Shown here: one piece after another, positions 27,601-40,393 of the stretch
How the letters are laid out: the number at the start of each line of letters is the position of its first letter
How positions within the stretch are numbered: position 1 is the first letter of the stretch
Source: Vairimorpha necatrix
Taxonomy: Eukaryota
Reading direction: 5' to 3'
Length of the DNA: 64,000 nucleotides
Assembly: GCA_036630325.1 (NCBI GenBank)
Contig: CP142728.1
Location: forward strand, 992,001-1,056,000
Made by a program: the position numbers and the translations under genes
Notes under the pieces: model-generated
Databases searched by the model: none
Seen by the model: the letters and a program-made list of their open reading frames with translations, nothing else
Told to the model about the DNA's origin: nothing

Positions 27601-28512
27601 ATATTAAGGTTGCTAGGATGTTTTCTTCTTTCGTCCTCAATGAATTTCGTCAATTTATTGCATTCTTTAGTAGCATGGGATCCTTCTCCATGTACAATAC
27701 AATACTTTTTGTTTTTATAGGAGTTTCCTGCCTGTCTCCCTCCGTTAGACGGTCCCTTGCCGTATTTTCTGTTGTTATATGGCCCCTTGCCATAGTTTTC
27801 TTTAAAAGTTGGCCCTTTGCCATAACTATACGCGTTTAATTTATTATTTCCGTAATCTTCCACCCTTGACAACATTTTATCTGGATAAGCTATCCAAGAT
27901 ATTTCTTCTGCCATTTGAATGAAGTTTTCCCATGTTTCGGCGGATTTTGAAGCTTGGAATAACAGTGGCTAAATCACAGATGGGGATTTATTGATGATCA
28001 TTTTACACAATGCAATTAGGTATATTAAATTTCTTCCCGAGATGATAGTCGCTTGTGTTAGCATTTTGGAAAAATCTTCCCTTGTTTCTGGTATGGGGAG
28101 AGAGAGAGGAATCTGCTTAGATTAATATCATCGTCCTTGCTTGCACCAAATCTGACTTTTAACATTTTTACCAAGTCTTCGAGAGGTATAGAGTTTATCT
28201 TTCCTACTAAAATTTGGGATGCCCAAGATAATGCATTCCCTTTCATTTTGAAAATTAACGCTTTTTTTATTTCTTGCTCTGTCCATTCAGAGACTTCCCC
28301 CAACAACATGATATCTCTTATCCAAGTGCTAACGTCTTCACTTGGCCCCCCCCCGAAAAATAATTGGCATTTTTTGTAGTTGTCGCCATGTCAAACTGTT
28401 TATTATAATTTTCCATCCCCTCTTTTGGAAATGTTTTTAAATAGTTTTAGTAGCCAATCAAATACTAACATTTGTCGAAAGATGATTGGCTAGTTTTTGA
28501 TGGGCTACGACA
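24609..28512 (-). mobile_element. Ty3/Gypsy element E, identical 124-bp LTRs, inserted in the 3' LTR of D
   Basis: LTRs 24609-24732 and 28389-28512; CAAAC duplication; PBS TGGCGACAAC; frameshifted ORFs for gag-PR (27027-27914, LDTGA), RT (26015-26923, YLDD) and RNase H-IN (24738-26036). Confidence 0.95.
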
Positions 28513-29991
28513 CAAACAATGTGATGAGCTATGTTTTGTTTGATCAGGTCATCACATCCTGCCCACTCCTCCGGATTTGATATCATCCTCGTGAATTTCG
28601 CTTTCAAATCCTTCCAACTTATACCATTTTCCCTTTCTTCCTACTTTAGTCACTGCTACGGGTCCTATGTATTGATCGTCTAATTTTTTCGCTTTAAAAT
28701 TTCTTACAAAGACTTGTTGTCCTACCTCAAATGCTGTGGCCTTGGTAGTGCTGGTTTTTAACTCAGTAGCGTTTCTACAGTTAGTGTCAAATTTAGAAAT
28801 TTCCTCCTCGTAAGGATCACATGGATTGTGATTTATCGTTAAAGTAGCTGGCGGTATTTTTAGTGTGGTATTATAATTAAAATTGTGTCTTAGATGGATT
28901 GCTTCTGTTATTGATTTGATGTTTCTACCTTTGTATAATCTAAGGCATTGCGTAATAGTTTGGTTTAGTCGCTAGCATAATTCCATTGCTACTTGGATGG
29001 TATATCGGAGTTGCTATCTTGTGAATCTCTTGTTCTTTACAAAATTTTACTAGTCTCTCAGATTCATATTGTGATCCATTATCGCAAATAAAGGTCTTCG
29101 GCCTTTCATAGATACCTATCCAGTCTTTTAGACATGCAATTATGCGCTCAGCTGTAGACTTGTACGCAAAATATACTTTTAAAGTTCTCGTATATACGTC
29201 TACAATGGTAATATAGTATCATCTTTGACATATACCATTATGCATGTAGTTCTCTAGACTAAATGGTCCATAAACATAACTCGATACTTTTTCGAATGGT
29301 GAAGAGGCTACAATATTTTTATGTGATTTGGTATTTCTGGTTTTCTTTTTAGTTTTAATGCAATCGATACAATTTCCGGTCATTTCTTTAATCAATTTCT
29401 TAATACCTAAAACTTTGAATATGGGCTTAATATTGTGATGAAGAATAGTAGAGCCTACGTGTATGGATTTTCAATGCATAAATTGCAGAAAGTTTCTCGT
29501 CTGGTCGTTTTCGATAATTATTCTGTTTTTTGTGTCTTTAGCCCATTTATTGGGATCATCTTTAGTTTTCATCACGAACTGATTAAGCTCGTTTACATAT
29601 TTCGTGCTATCTATGTCATCTTCGCCGTCCTCTTGACATCTCGTGCTAAGGATTTTAATGTTGATTTTTATTGTCTGATTTTTGTAATTTATTATTACAT
29701 TATTTCCACTAAAAAATTCGTTACCTAATACGAATTCGACGGGGCAATTTTTTAGCAAATAGAGTTTTACAATATGGCTTGTTTTCTTGGTTCCAAGAAG
29801 TATTTCTTCGGTCACAGTTTGTGTACACTCTTCCTTCTTATCATTCCCGTATTTTATAGTTATAGGGGAATCTTCTACGATCGACAGTTTTAATTTTACA
29901 GCAACGTCACTTTTTATAAAATTTCTGGTGGCTCCCGTGTCTATTAAAAACGATGTTTTGAAATTTTTAATTGTCCCTGGTAATTCTGGTG

Positions 29992-32900
29992 TGTTGACGT
30001 TAGCCAAAATATGAGGTTTTAGAGTATTCTTTTTATTATTGCCCATCCTCATAAATTCGAGGATGTATTTATATTTAATTCTGAAACGTTGTTTCAGAAT
30101 TATCATGTTTCAGATGTCAAGAAGACAATCTGATTGGTCCGGACTATCCGCCGTCCACACTCTCCCCTTCATCAAATAAGATATCGTCTTTTCAGTTTCG
30201 GTTACAGCAACTAAATCTTTTCGATTAATATCAAATGTTTTCCCTCCATTACAACTTCTTATTTGATAAGCACCTTTGCCTTTCTTAGTGATAATTTCGA
30301 ACTCTTCATCTTCGTATGGTGATTCGAATTTTCTCTTCAATAGTGCGTGTTTCTTTAAAAGAACTGTATCTCCTATGTCTAAGTCATTGGGGTCTGCTTT
30401 ATATAAGTTTCGTTCGTTAGACTTAGCCTTTTTCTTATCTTCTACTTCCATTATTCTTTCTTTAATAATATTTATTTTCTCTCTTTTCTGTCTTACATAT
30501 TCAATTGGATCAACAAAATATAAATCAAAGTCTGATGGTATCTCAATTAAATTGCTTGGAACTAAAGGCTCTCTGCCGTATAGTTACATAAAGGGTGACG
30601 CATTAAAGCGTTCCACTATACCAATCCTATATTGCATTAACACATACGGGAATACTCTATCCCAGTTCTGTTCATGATCTACCATGGCTTTTGATATTTT
30701 TTCTATCATGGTCTTGTTTGTTCTCTCTGCAAGACCATTAGCTTGTGGGTGGTATGGAGATGAATGTTTAAATCTACTTCCCCATAACGATGCTACTGAG
30801 TTCACTAGTTTATTTGTGAACTCTAATCCCTGATCACTCCTGATCGTTTTGACCGTCCCATGTCTTGAGAATACGTCTTCCACTAGAAATCTTGCTATCT
30901 CTTCTGCCGATTTCTCTTTTAGAACTTTACCCTCAACCCATTTAGTAAAGTAGTCGGTTGCGAGAACAATGAATTTGTGTCCTGATTTCGACTTTGGCAG
31001 TGGACCGATGCAGTCGATCCCAATTTCCATGAATGTTCCTTCTACATTTGTTGGATATTGTTTGAACGGTCTATTCCTTTTAAATTTTAAACATGTTCCA
31101 CATGTTCTCAATATATCTTTCACTCTATCTCGAGATATTCCTGATCCCGCATGATGTATCTTCAAAAAATTGTACGTGTTATTGGCACAACTTTGTCCTT
31201 TTAAGGAATGAGCTTCTAAGATTAATTTCGTAGACGCCCCATCGCCATCTTCCTTGGTTATTGATTTTAATTGGACTCTTGAAAGGCAGTCTGCTACTAC
31301 ATTATCTTTCCCTTTCTTATATTCAATCACAAATTCCATGTCTGCCAGGAACATCAACCATCTAGCAATCCTTCCTTGTGGATTCTTTACTTTATAAAGC
31401 CATACAAGAGATTTGTGATCTGTTCTTATGACAAATTTTTTATGTAAATAGTTTTTAAAAGTCTTCACCGCATAAATTATTGCAAGAGTTTCCTTTTCAA
31501 GTGTAGGATAGTTCCTCTCAGCAGGCATTAGATTTCTGCTACAGAATCTGATGACCACATCCTTCTGATTCTTTTTCTGTTTGAGAACACCGCCTATACA
31601 ATAATCTGATGCATCTGCTTCTATTATGAACATCTCTTCCATATTTGGGAGTTCTAAAAACGCCGAATTTATTAATTCTAGTCGTAGGTCATTTACAGTT
31701 TTCTCGACTTCAATTTTTGAAAATTCTCTTTTCCTATTGATTATTTCGTTTAATATAAATGTTTTACTAGAAAAATTCTTAACATAGTTTCTGAAGTAGC
31801 CTATTCCGCCAACAAATGAGTGTAACTGTTTAATAGTTTCTATCTTTAGCTTATCTTTAAAAGGACCTAGTCTCTTTTCATCTGGGAATACCTTTCCATC
31901 CATTACTGAATGACCTAATAAATCCACCCTCTTCGTGCAGAAAACGCTTTTCTCAGTACTTATTTTAAGTCCGTTTGCTAACAAGACTTGAAGGACCTCT
32001 CTTACATCTCTGTGGTGTTCTTCATGCGTTTTACTATATATGGTAATGTCGTCCATATAAACTACGACTTTGGAATTTATTAAATTTCTGAAAACTCCAT
32101 ACATTAGTCTCTGGAATGTTGCCGGGGCATTAGTTAAGCCGAAAGGCATCATTCTATATTGAAACTTACCTACTGGTGACATAAAGGCTGTCAACTCTTG
32201 TGACTCTGGATCCATGGGCACTTGATGATACCCCTTTTCTAGATCTAATTGTGTGAAATATCTGGCTCCACTCAATGAATTAAGACACTCCTCAATAGTT
32301 GGAGGCTGGCAAACTTCTTTTACCGTTCGATTATTTAATTCTCGATAATCTATACACATCCTGTGTCCTCCCGTGCGTTTTTTAACCACTACTATAGGTG
32401 CATTCCACCTACTCACGCTTTCTGTTATGATTCCATTTTTAGCCAACTCTAGGCATTCGTTAATTATGAACTCCTTCTTTTTACCGTTCATAGTATAACT
32501 TCTCATATTAGCTATTGTCACGTTGGGGCGTAAATCAATTTTATGGGCTATTCCCAACGTATTGCTGAGACCTTCTTCACGTCCTTTCAGCCTTTCAAAG
32601 TAGTCTTTGACTAATTCCAACGTTGTGTTACATGTGCTGTGAACACTTGGCTGTCGTGATGTCTCTTTAGATATATGTCTTAACTCCAGACAATCCATAT
32701 TTTTTTTTATATTTCCGGTTTTTAATATATTTTTCCCAAGAGTAATTCTTTTGTTATGGAAATCAATCGCTCCTTTGTTTATTTCCAAGAAATCTCTTCC
32801 TAATATTACATCTTCGCTTAATGGACACATCACCTGGAGGGGGATTTTGTACCTCTTTCCTTCAATCTCCAGGACTCCATTAATGCTACCATAACTAGAA

Positions 32901-34014
32901 ACTATACCAGTGGCAGTTGTTATGCGTTCTCTTCTCATGTTTTCTAACTTACATTCTTGTATGAGACTTTTATCTATAAACGAATGCGATGCTCCTGTAT
33001 CTAGTAAGGCATTAACAGTTTTATTATAAATTTTGACTTTTAAATAAACTAAATCAGTTTTATTTTCATTGACTTCGTTGAGTTTTTTAGTGTCTTTAGA
33101 AATAATTTGAGCCCTTCTAGAACTTGAATAAGCCGCTTTTTCTTTCTTCAGATTTTGGTTTTTGCTCGGACATCTACTCGCATAATGTTGCCCTCCGCAG
33201 TTAAAACATGAAATTTCTGCTTTAGTATCTTTTCTCTGTTTTGTTATTAAAGATGAGTTTTTAGACTTTATTTCTGGTGTAATTTTATTATATTTACCTA
33301 ATCTTTTAATAAAATCTTCGTTATCATTTAAGATTTTGATGATGCTCTTCCAGTCCATCGACTCTTTTACTTTGTCGTGAAGAACAGTTGGGAAAAACTC
33401 GATCAGTTCCATTTTGACTGTATTAAACTCTAATTTAGCTTTCCTATTCTGGGTTATAACCTCCATTATGAAATCTTCCAGGCCACTTTCGTTAGGACCA
33501 GATATTAATATTCTGTATAACTCTTTGATTTCATTTCTTGTCGTTTGTTTATTTACACCAAATTTAGTTATAAGAGCTTGTTTAAAACTGATGAAGTCAG
33601 TATATTCGATGTCTTCCATCGCTATCATCCATTTTTTCGCTCTTCCCACGACATAGGGTTTCATATAGGATAGAAGTTTTTCGCCTTTCCATTCCCCTTC
33701 TAAATACGAGAATTGTTCCAGCCATAGCTCAACTTCCATGCCTCCTTTACCACTGAATGGTCTTATGCCATCCTTCCTGAAGCCCACTGCTTCTAGTAAA
33801 GTACTTAATCTGTCCTTCTCAACAGATTGGTTTGCGTTGTCGCCAGTGTTGACGTTGGCCGAAATATGAGGTTTTAGAGTATTCTTTTTATTATTGCCCA
33901 TCCTCATAAATTCGAGGATGTATTTATATTTAATTCTGAAACGTTGTTTCAGAATTATCATGTTTCAGATGTCAAGAAGACAATCTGATTGGTCCGGACT
34001 ATCCGCCGTCCACA
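29992..34014 (-). mobile_element. Ty3/Gypsy element G, 168-bp LTRs, nested in D
   Basis: LTRs 29992-30159 and 33847-34014; ctggtg on both flanks (5-6 bp duplication); PBS TGGCGACAAC; polypurine tract GAAGGGGAGAG. Confidence 0.95.
30584..33961 (-). CDS. Gag-PR-RT-RNase H-IN polyprotein of element G (integrase C-terminus continues in another frame to ~30160)
   Basis: CFNCGGQHYASRC knuckle, LLDTGA, YMDD, EADAS, DDE integrase. Confidence 0.92.
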   Translation of the reverse strand: MIILKQRFRIKYKYILEFMRMGNNKKNTLKPHISANVNTGDNANQSVEKDRLSTLLEAVGFRKDGIRPFSGKGGMEVELWLEQFSYLEGEWKGEKLLSYMKPYVVGRAKKWMIAMEDIEYTDFISFKQALITKFGVNKQTTRNEIKELYRILISGPNESGLEDFIMEVITQNRKAKLEFNTVKMELIEFFPTVLHDKVKESMDWKSIIKILNDNEDFIKRLGKYNKITPEIKSKNSSLITKQRKDTKAEISCFNCGGQHYASRCPSKNQNLKKEKAAYSSSRRAQIISKDTKKLNEVNENKTDLVYLKVKIYNKTVNALLDTGASHSFIDKSLIQECKLENMRRERITTATGIVSSYGSINGVLEIEGKRYKIPLQVMCPLSEDVILGRDFLEINKGAIDFHNKRITLGKNILKTGNIKKNMDCLELRHISKETSRQPSVHSTCNTTLELVKDYFERLKGREEGLSNTLGIAHKIDLRPNVTIANMRSYTMNGKKKEFIINECLELAKNGIITESVSRWNAPIVVVKKRTGGHRMCIDYRELNNRTVKEVCQPPTIEECLNSLSGARYFTQLDLEKGYHQVPMDPESQELTAFMSPVGKFQYRMMPFGLTNAPATFQRLMYGVFRNLINSKVVVYMDDITIYSKTHEEHHRDVREVLQVLLANGLKISTEKSVFCTKRVDLLGHSVMDGKVFPDEKRLGPFKDKLKIETIKQLHSFVGGIGYFRNYVKNFSSKTFILNEIINRKREFSKIEVEKTVNDLRLELINSAFLELPNMEEMFIIEADASDYCIGGVLKQKKNQKDVVIRFCSRNLMPAERNYPTLEKETLAIIYAVKTFKNYLHKKFVIRTDHKSLVWLYKVKNPQGRIARWLMFLADMEFVIEYKKGKDNVVADCLSRVQLKSITKEDGDGASTKLILEAHSLKGQSCANNTYNFLKIHHAGSGISRDRVKDILRTCGTCLKFKRNRPFKQYPTNVEGTFMEIGIDCIGPLPKSKSGHKFIVLATDYFTKWVEGKVLKEKSAEEIARFLVEDVFSRHGTVKTIRSDQGLEFTNKLVNSVASLWGSRFKHSSPYHPQANGLAERTNKTMIEKISKAMVDHEQNWDRVFPYVLMQYRIGIVERFNASPFM

Positions 34015-37000
34015 CTGGTGTTTTTGTGTTCAGCCCCTTTTCACCTATAATAAAGTTTTTAGTCTCACCTTTACGTTTTTCTTCATGTCTTTTACTTTTT
34101 TCTTTTAAAAATTTCTGATAGGTCTCGCATTCTTTCGAGTCATGATCGTTATTCTTATGATATCTACACAACTTATTGTTTTCTATCACTTCAGACTTTT
34201 CTTTTATAGACTCTTTTTTTATAAAGTTGCCATTTTTAGTTTCTAGCATTATTTGTTTAGAGATTATTTTTTTTTTCAAGTGTGTACAGGTAACTTATAG
34301 CATCATTATAGTCTTTGAAATCGTGCTTGAAAAGCTCACCATCTGTATAAGGACCAAGCCCACTGTAAAATGTTTCTTCAACTCTTCTATTAAATTCGGG
34401 TTTAGTGAGTTTATGCGTTACGGCATATATATTTGCAAGCTCTTTAATTTCTTTAATATATTCTTCGATGGTTTCATAGTCTGTTTGTTTAATTGAAGCT
34501 AATTTAGAAAGTATGCTTCTACTATGTTCTATCGGAAATCTAAGACCGATCAGATAATCTCGTGTATTAAAAAAAGTCTTCCACTATCTTCTCTTTTTCG
34601 ATCAATGAGTCTTTGCTCATTTTCCTTGTCACCATCATTAGTTGTTTCAGTGTCCATATATTATCTTCAGATACATTCTCAATATCTTTTAACCATTCTA
34701 TGATATTCATATTTAGTATATCTTCAATGATGTAAAGGTACGTCGTGAACTTCTGTTCTAAGCCTTCTATTTGGTTTCGAATGTAATGAACTTTCCCTTG
34801 AAACTTTCTGTCTGTTTCCTTTCGTATTTCGACAGATGTACCTTGCTTAGGATTTCTCTGGTTGAATTCAACTTGACGTATCCTAGGCGAAGATACGTCT
34901 CGATGAGGTTAGAGGTGTTTTCAAAACTATTATTTTTTTTGTTAATTGAGTTTGCTTTGACCTTCTTACTCACCATGCCCTTTTGGGCTTTTTTTCTATT
35001 TATAGTTTTACATGTTTGTTTGTAAACAAACAAACAACAAGAAGTCTTAGAAAACCATTCTTGAAAAATAGCATAGTGCATCATTACATGGACATGGAGT
35101 ATTTGTTAAGAATAGTAAACAAACAATGTGATGAGCTATGTTTTGTTTGATCAGGGCATCACAGGAGTATACTGAAAAACTAAATACAAGTCAACCTATA
35201 TACATGAAACCAATAAATCTAAATATAACGGAACAGGACATAGTTACCCAATATAAGAACTATCTGGTACCAGAAAAATTTAAAATACCGGCTCAAGAAG
35301 AGATAACACGGTTAATACACGAAGGCATTATAGTGAAAACTGATAGCCACATTACGTCACCAGGATTTTTGATTTGTAAGAAAAATGGGCAAGTACGACT
35401 TGTCATAGACTACCGTTACTTAAATAATTATTTAATTGATGAACCTTGCAGTATCCCAAACATTTTAGAAAACATAAAAGGTATTGAAGAAAAGAAGATA
35501 TTTACGCAATTAGATTTAAAAAATAGTTTTAACCAGATACCGCTGCCAAAGAGTCGCGACCCCTAACTACATTTATACTCTTCAATCAACGCTATCAATA
35601 TGTAGGGATACCATTTGGGTTATAAATAGGACCGAAACTTTTCCAACGAGTAATTTTGAGTGTTCTCGGAGACCTACCTAATGTTTTCGTTTACATTGAT
35701 GATATAGTAATTTTTGCCAATACAATACACGAACACGACAAAATATTAGAAGAAGTTATTACACGATTAGAAAACAATAATATACAAATTAATCTAGGCA
35801 AATTTCATTTTTACCAGAAAAAGATAACCCTTTTAGGATATCTCATATCTTCACGAGGCATAGAACCAGACTTAAAATATTTAAAACATAAGATATTCAC
35901 TAAAGAAATAGAAACTAAAGAGATCTACAATGCCCAATAGAACTTTTAAATTGGTATAGACCATTTGTTGATGATTTAAGTACACGTATCAATAAAATAA
36001 CAGATTTATTAAAATCAAAGGAAATAAAAATAAACGAGGACCATAACAAATGCATACAAAAGATATGCAACGAAATTAAGGAAGGAAGTGCCTTGAAGTT
36101 CCCCGACTTTTCAAGAGTTTTTAAATTGAAATGCGACGCTTTTAACATAGGTATTAGAGGAACTTTACCAAGATCATGGAACATTAGGTTATTATAGTAA
36201 AAAATTGAATAGCACAGAAAAAAACTACTCCATTGTCGAAAAGGAATTATATGCAACAACAAAATGCGTGTTATTCTTTAGAAATATAGTACAAGGTTAT
36301 CATACCATAATCTATTCGGATAATAAAAATTGTATTACAATAAACACGGCAGCGACATCCAGAATGAAAAGATGGCATTTGTTATTACAAGACTTCAATG
36401 TTGAACTAGTCAAAATAGAAGGGAGCAAAAATAACGTAGCTGATACATCATCAAGATTAACAATGATAAATCAAATAAAACTGACGAAAGAAGGAAAGTT
36501 TGCAAAAAGAGTAAAAGAATTTTTAACAGGAGAAAGAGACGAGGAAAACAGGAGAATTATTAAACAGGAAAAGGACCTCCGCTTTATAAAGTTGATTCAT
36601 AAGTTTAGTGGACACGTAGGGGTTACGAAGACGTACGAAAACATTTATCGATATTACAAAATTGAAAATATAAAACATAAAGTTGTAGAAGTAATTCGAG
36701 AGTGCAGGAAGTGTAAACACTATAAGATAAAACAAGAAAAGAAAAGGCCAGCGTTAAAATAGGAGCCTCTAATATTTTTGAAAAGATCTATACAGATACA
36801 TACGGAACATTCAGTTTAGAAGGAATATCACACGATGAAGTTACCGAAAAAGTATATTACATGACTATAACGGACATATTCACAAGGTTATCAAGAGTTT
36901 ACTTTACATATAATGCCAATAGCGAAAGTGTGTTATCATGTTTAAAGAAATGGATTAAGAAACATAAGAAACCTAAATCACTTATATCAGATAATGGCAC

Positions 37001-39110
37001 CGAGTTTAAGACAAAGAAGTCGAACAATACTTAACAGAAAACGACATCATTTACATACTTATTCCCCTTATGCGCCTTATGCAAATGGAATAAGTGAGGC
37101 GATTAATAAGACAATCACGGAAGTGATAAAAATGAATAAAGGAAAAGAGATTAAATCAATAACAAGAAAGATAAACTTTAGACTTAATGAGAATACGAAT
37201 AGTACAATCAAGCTGTCACCTAAATCAATATTAAGAGGATATAATTTCTATTTAAACCTAACCCAGATTACTTATAAGCCCCATACTGCGTCTTCAGAAG
37301 TCAAGAAAAAATATCAGATAGGACAAGAAGTTTACATTAAGAATCAAAATACTAAGCTTACAGATAAGGAATACATCGGACCGCACTACATAACAGAGGT
37401 AGGCAAAAAGTAGCGATAGATAAAGGTACAAGGAATTGAAGATTAAGTTCACGTAAGAAACGTCAAACCATGAGAGAGGCAGGATGTGGTATCCACCACA
37501 ATTATTTCTTAAATTTTTCTTCCTTTTCAATTTTTAGAAAATATTTTCTATAAATAAAAAATATTCAAAGAAGGGCATACAAAATGAAAAGAAAAAACCA
37601 AAGAGACAGACGACCTACGTACATGACTCCACAGCGAGATTATGATAATAAACCTTTAATTAAAAACAAACCATTTATTTGTTCATTCATAGAACAACAA
37701 CTTCGTTTCGGACACCTCATCCGAGGTTACGACACTAGGAAATACAAATGAAGAAGATTAAACGCAAATAACAATAAAAATTTTTGATTCGGTACGAAAT
37801 CAAAAATGATTAAACAGCACGGAGTAAAACATAGTAATATTGATTCATATCTCAAAAATTTACTTTTAGAATTAATTAGAATAATTATTCAAAAAGATCC
37901 AGCAAATGGATGTTTTTTTAGTTTTATTATTTTCATATTTTTGCAGCCCCATTTTCTTTTTAACCTTAAAATAGTCAATAACTCGATGACCCTATAAGAC
38001 ATCGTCAATTTAAAGCAGCGTTGTAATGTAATCATTTTTTTCTAATGTTGATTATGCTAGTATGTTCTTTTTTATATTTTTTCATATTACAGTGGGGTTT
38101 CCCGTGGGTTCATAATTTTTTATATCTCTTTTGGGTTCATGTTAAAATTTAAGAAATTTCATATTCCGTAGCGTTGGGGTTTAAAAAAAAGCCAATATAA
38201 TCGACGTATGTGAATATATTTTGCAATGCCCGTGTCACGTCATAACGACATATCACATAAAATAAATCTGTTAAACATCTTATCATTGACCGTGAAACGT
38301 CGATAAATAAACAAAAAATATTTTTAGAGATATATTTATAATGTACGATACAAACAATTAGTATTCTTGTTAAACAAATAAACATTAAAAATAAAAGAAA
38401 GGCATGTAATCTAATCTAGAGCAAGACCAATAAAGCTTTCAGTAAGTGAAGCAATAAAAATATGTTTTAAGAGCATATTTACTTTTACTAACATAAATTA
38501 ATATACAATTATACATGATGTAATATTTGTATTATACATCACAAACTCACCATGGAAAAGGTTTAGAATATTTTTATTATGTGTAAATCGACGTCAAATT
38601 GTCATCTATCATCATATAGATGTCAAGTTACTTATTTTTATGTTAACCCAGCAAATAAACAAAACGTATGTGCAATAGACAATATAATTTTATTTCTGAG
38701 AAATAGAAAATAGATCATTTAATTGTCAGAATAATCATAGTTTAAGATAAATATATAAGTTGTGTTCATGTATAATACTGTAAAATCATACAGTCTCAGT
38801 TACTCATAAAAACAATTTAAAATCCCTTTTTATTCAATTTTTACACAATTATAAATGTTGCTAATCTCAGATCACACTTTTGATCAGTGAATCAGTGATT
38901 AATCAATCATTTGCTGATTTATTAAAATAATTTTTTACCCTTGTAAAATTTTATTTCATCCAATCTGATATTATATCATTTATTAAGTATTTTTAAACAA
39001 TTATAGTTTTCATATTTTATATTATAAGAATTTGTATTAAGAAATATATATATTTCTAATATTTTCATAAATACTGATTAAAATCAAATATATTGATTTT
39101 TAATACACAA

Positions 39111-40356
39111 CACCAGGTTGATTCTGCCTGACGTAGACGCTATTCTCTAAGATTAACCCATGCATGTTTTTGATATGGAAAAATGGACTGCTCAGTAATA
39201 CTCACTTTATTTAATGTATTAAATTAGTATAACTGCGTTAAAGTGTAGCATAAGACATATACAGTAAGAGTGAGACCTATCAGCTAGTTGTTAAGGTAAT
39301 GGCTTAACAAGGCAATGACGGGTAACGGTATTACTTTGTAATATTCCGGAGAAGGAGCCTGAGAGACGGCTACTAAGTCTAAGGATTGCAGCAGGGGCGA
39401 AACTTGACCTATGGATTTTATCTGAGGCAGTTATGGGAAGTAATATTCTATTGTTTCATATTGTAAAAGTATATGAGGTGATTAATTGGAGGGCAAATCA
39501 AGTGCCAGCAGCCGCGGTAATACTTGTTCCAAGAGTGTGTATGATGATTGATGCAGTTAAAAAGTCCGTAGTTTATATTTAAGAAGCAATATGAGGTGTA
39601 CTGTATAGTTGGGAGAGAGATGAAATGTGACGACCCTGACTGGACGAACAGAAGCGAAAGCTGTACACTTGTATGTATTTTTTGAACAAGGACGTAAGCT
39701 GGAGGAGCGAAGATGATTAGATACCATTGTAGTTCCAGCAGTAAACTATGCCGACGATGTGATATGATATTAATTGTATTAGATGATAGAAATTTGAGTT
39801 TTTTGGCTCTGGGGATAGTATGATCGCAAGATTGAAAATTAAAGAAATTGACGGAAGAATACCACAAGGAGTGGATTGTGCGGCTTAATTTGACTCAACG
39901 CGAGGTAACTTACCAATATTTTATTATTCAGAGAAGATTTATAATCTGAGAATGATAATAGTGGTGCATGGCCGTTTTCAATGGATGCTGTGAAGTTTTG
40001 ATTAATTTCAACAAGACGTGAGACCCTTTTATTAATAGACAGACACAATCAGTGTAGGAAGGAAAGGATTAAAACAGGTCCGTTATGCCCTCAGACATTT
40101 TGGGCTGCACGCGCAATACAATAGATATATAATCTTTATGGGATAATATTTTGTAAGAGATATTTGAACTTGGAATTGCTAGTAAATTTTATTAAATAAG
40201 TAGAATTGAATGTGTCCCTGTTCTTTGTACACACCGCCCGTCGCTATCTAAGATGATATGTGTTGTGAAATTAGTGAAAACTACTTGAACAATATGTATT
40301 AGATCTGATATAAGTCGTAACATGGTTGCTGTTGGAGAACCATTAGCAGGATCATA
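39111..40356 (+). rRNA. Small-subunit (16S-like) rRNA, microsporidian, Vairimorpha-like
   Basis: Starts CACCAGGTTGATTCTGCCTGAC; universal motifs GTGCCAGCAGCCGCGGTAA, TGTACACACCGCCCGTC, AAGTCGTAACA; compact ~1.25 kb. Confidence 0.98.
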
Positions 40357-40393
40357 ATAAGTTAAATTTAAATTAATTTTAATTATTAAATTT
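40357..40393 (+). other. Very short AT-rich ITS
   Basis: About 37 nt, almost all A/T, between the SSU end (GGATCATA) and the 5.8S-like start. Confidence 0.8.

Larger units (their letters stand above)
24358..35163 (-). mobile_element. Ty3/Gypsy element D (palindrome-PBS group; RT/RNase H apparently deleted), 290-bp LTRs, nested in C
   Basis: 5' LTR 34874-35163; 3' LTR 24358-28556 split by element E; flanks agagt/ggagt; gag CRYHKNNDHDSKEC; PR IDTGA joined directly to integrase-region sequence; polypurine tract GGAGGAGTGGGCAGGA. Confidence 0.88.
22795..37734 (+). mobile_element. Ty3/Gypsy element C (palindrome-PBS group, decayed), ~250-bp LTRs; contains nested D, E and G
   Basis: LTRs 22795-23043 and 37485-37734; flanks atagg/ctagg; gag-PR before 24357; RT (YIDD), RNase H and IN resume at 35164; polypurine tract GAGAGAGGCAGGA. 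Confidence 0.9.
22560..37900 (+). pseudogene. Degenerate Merlin/ISXO2-type transposase split by element C (pieces ~22560-22794 and ~37735-37900)
   Basis: Conceptual translation VW.LGLFE...VPDRK before element C and KMIKQHGVKHSNIDSYL after it, consistent with Merlin DDE transposase motifs. Confidence 0.6.
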
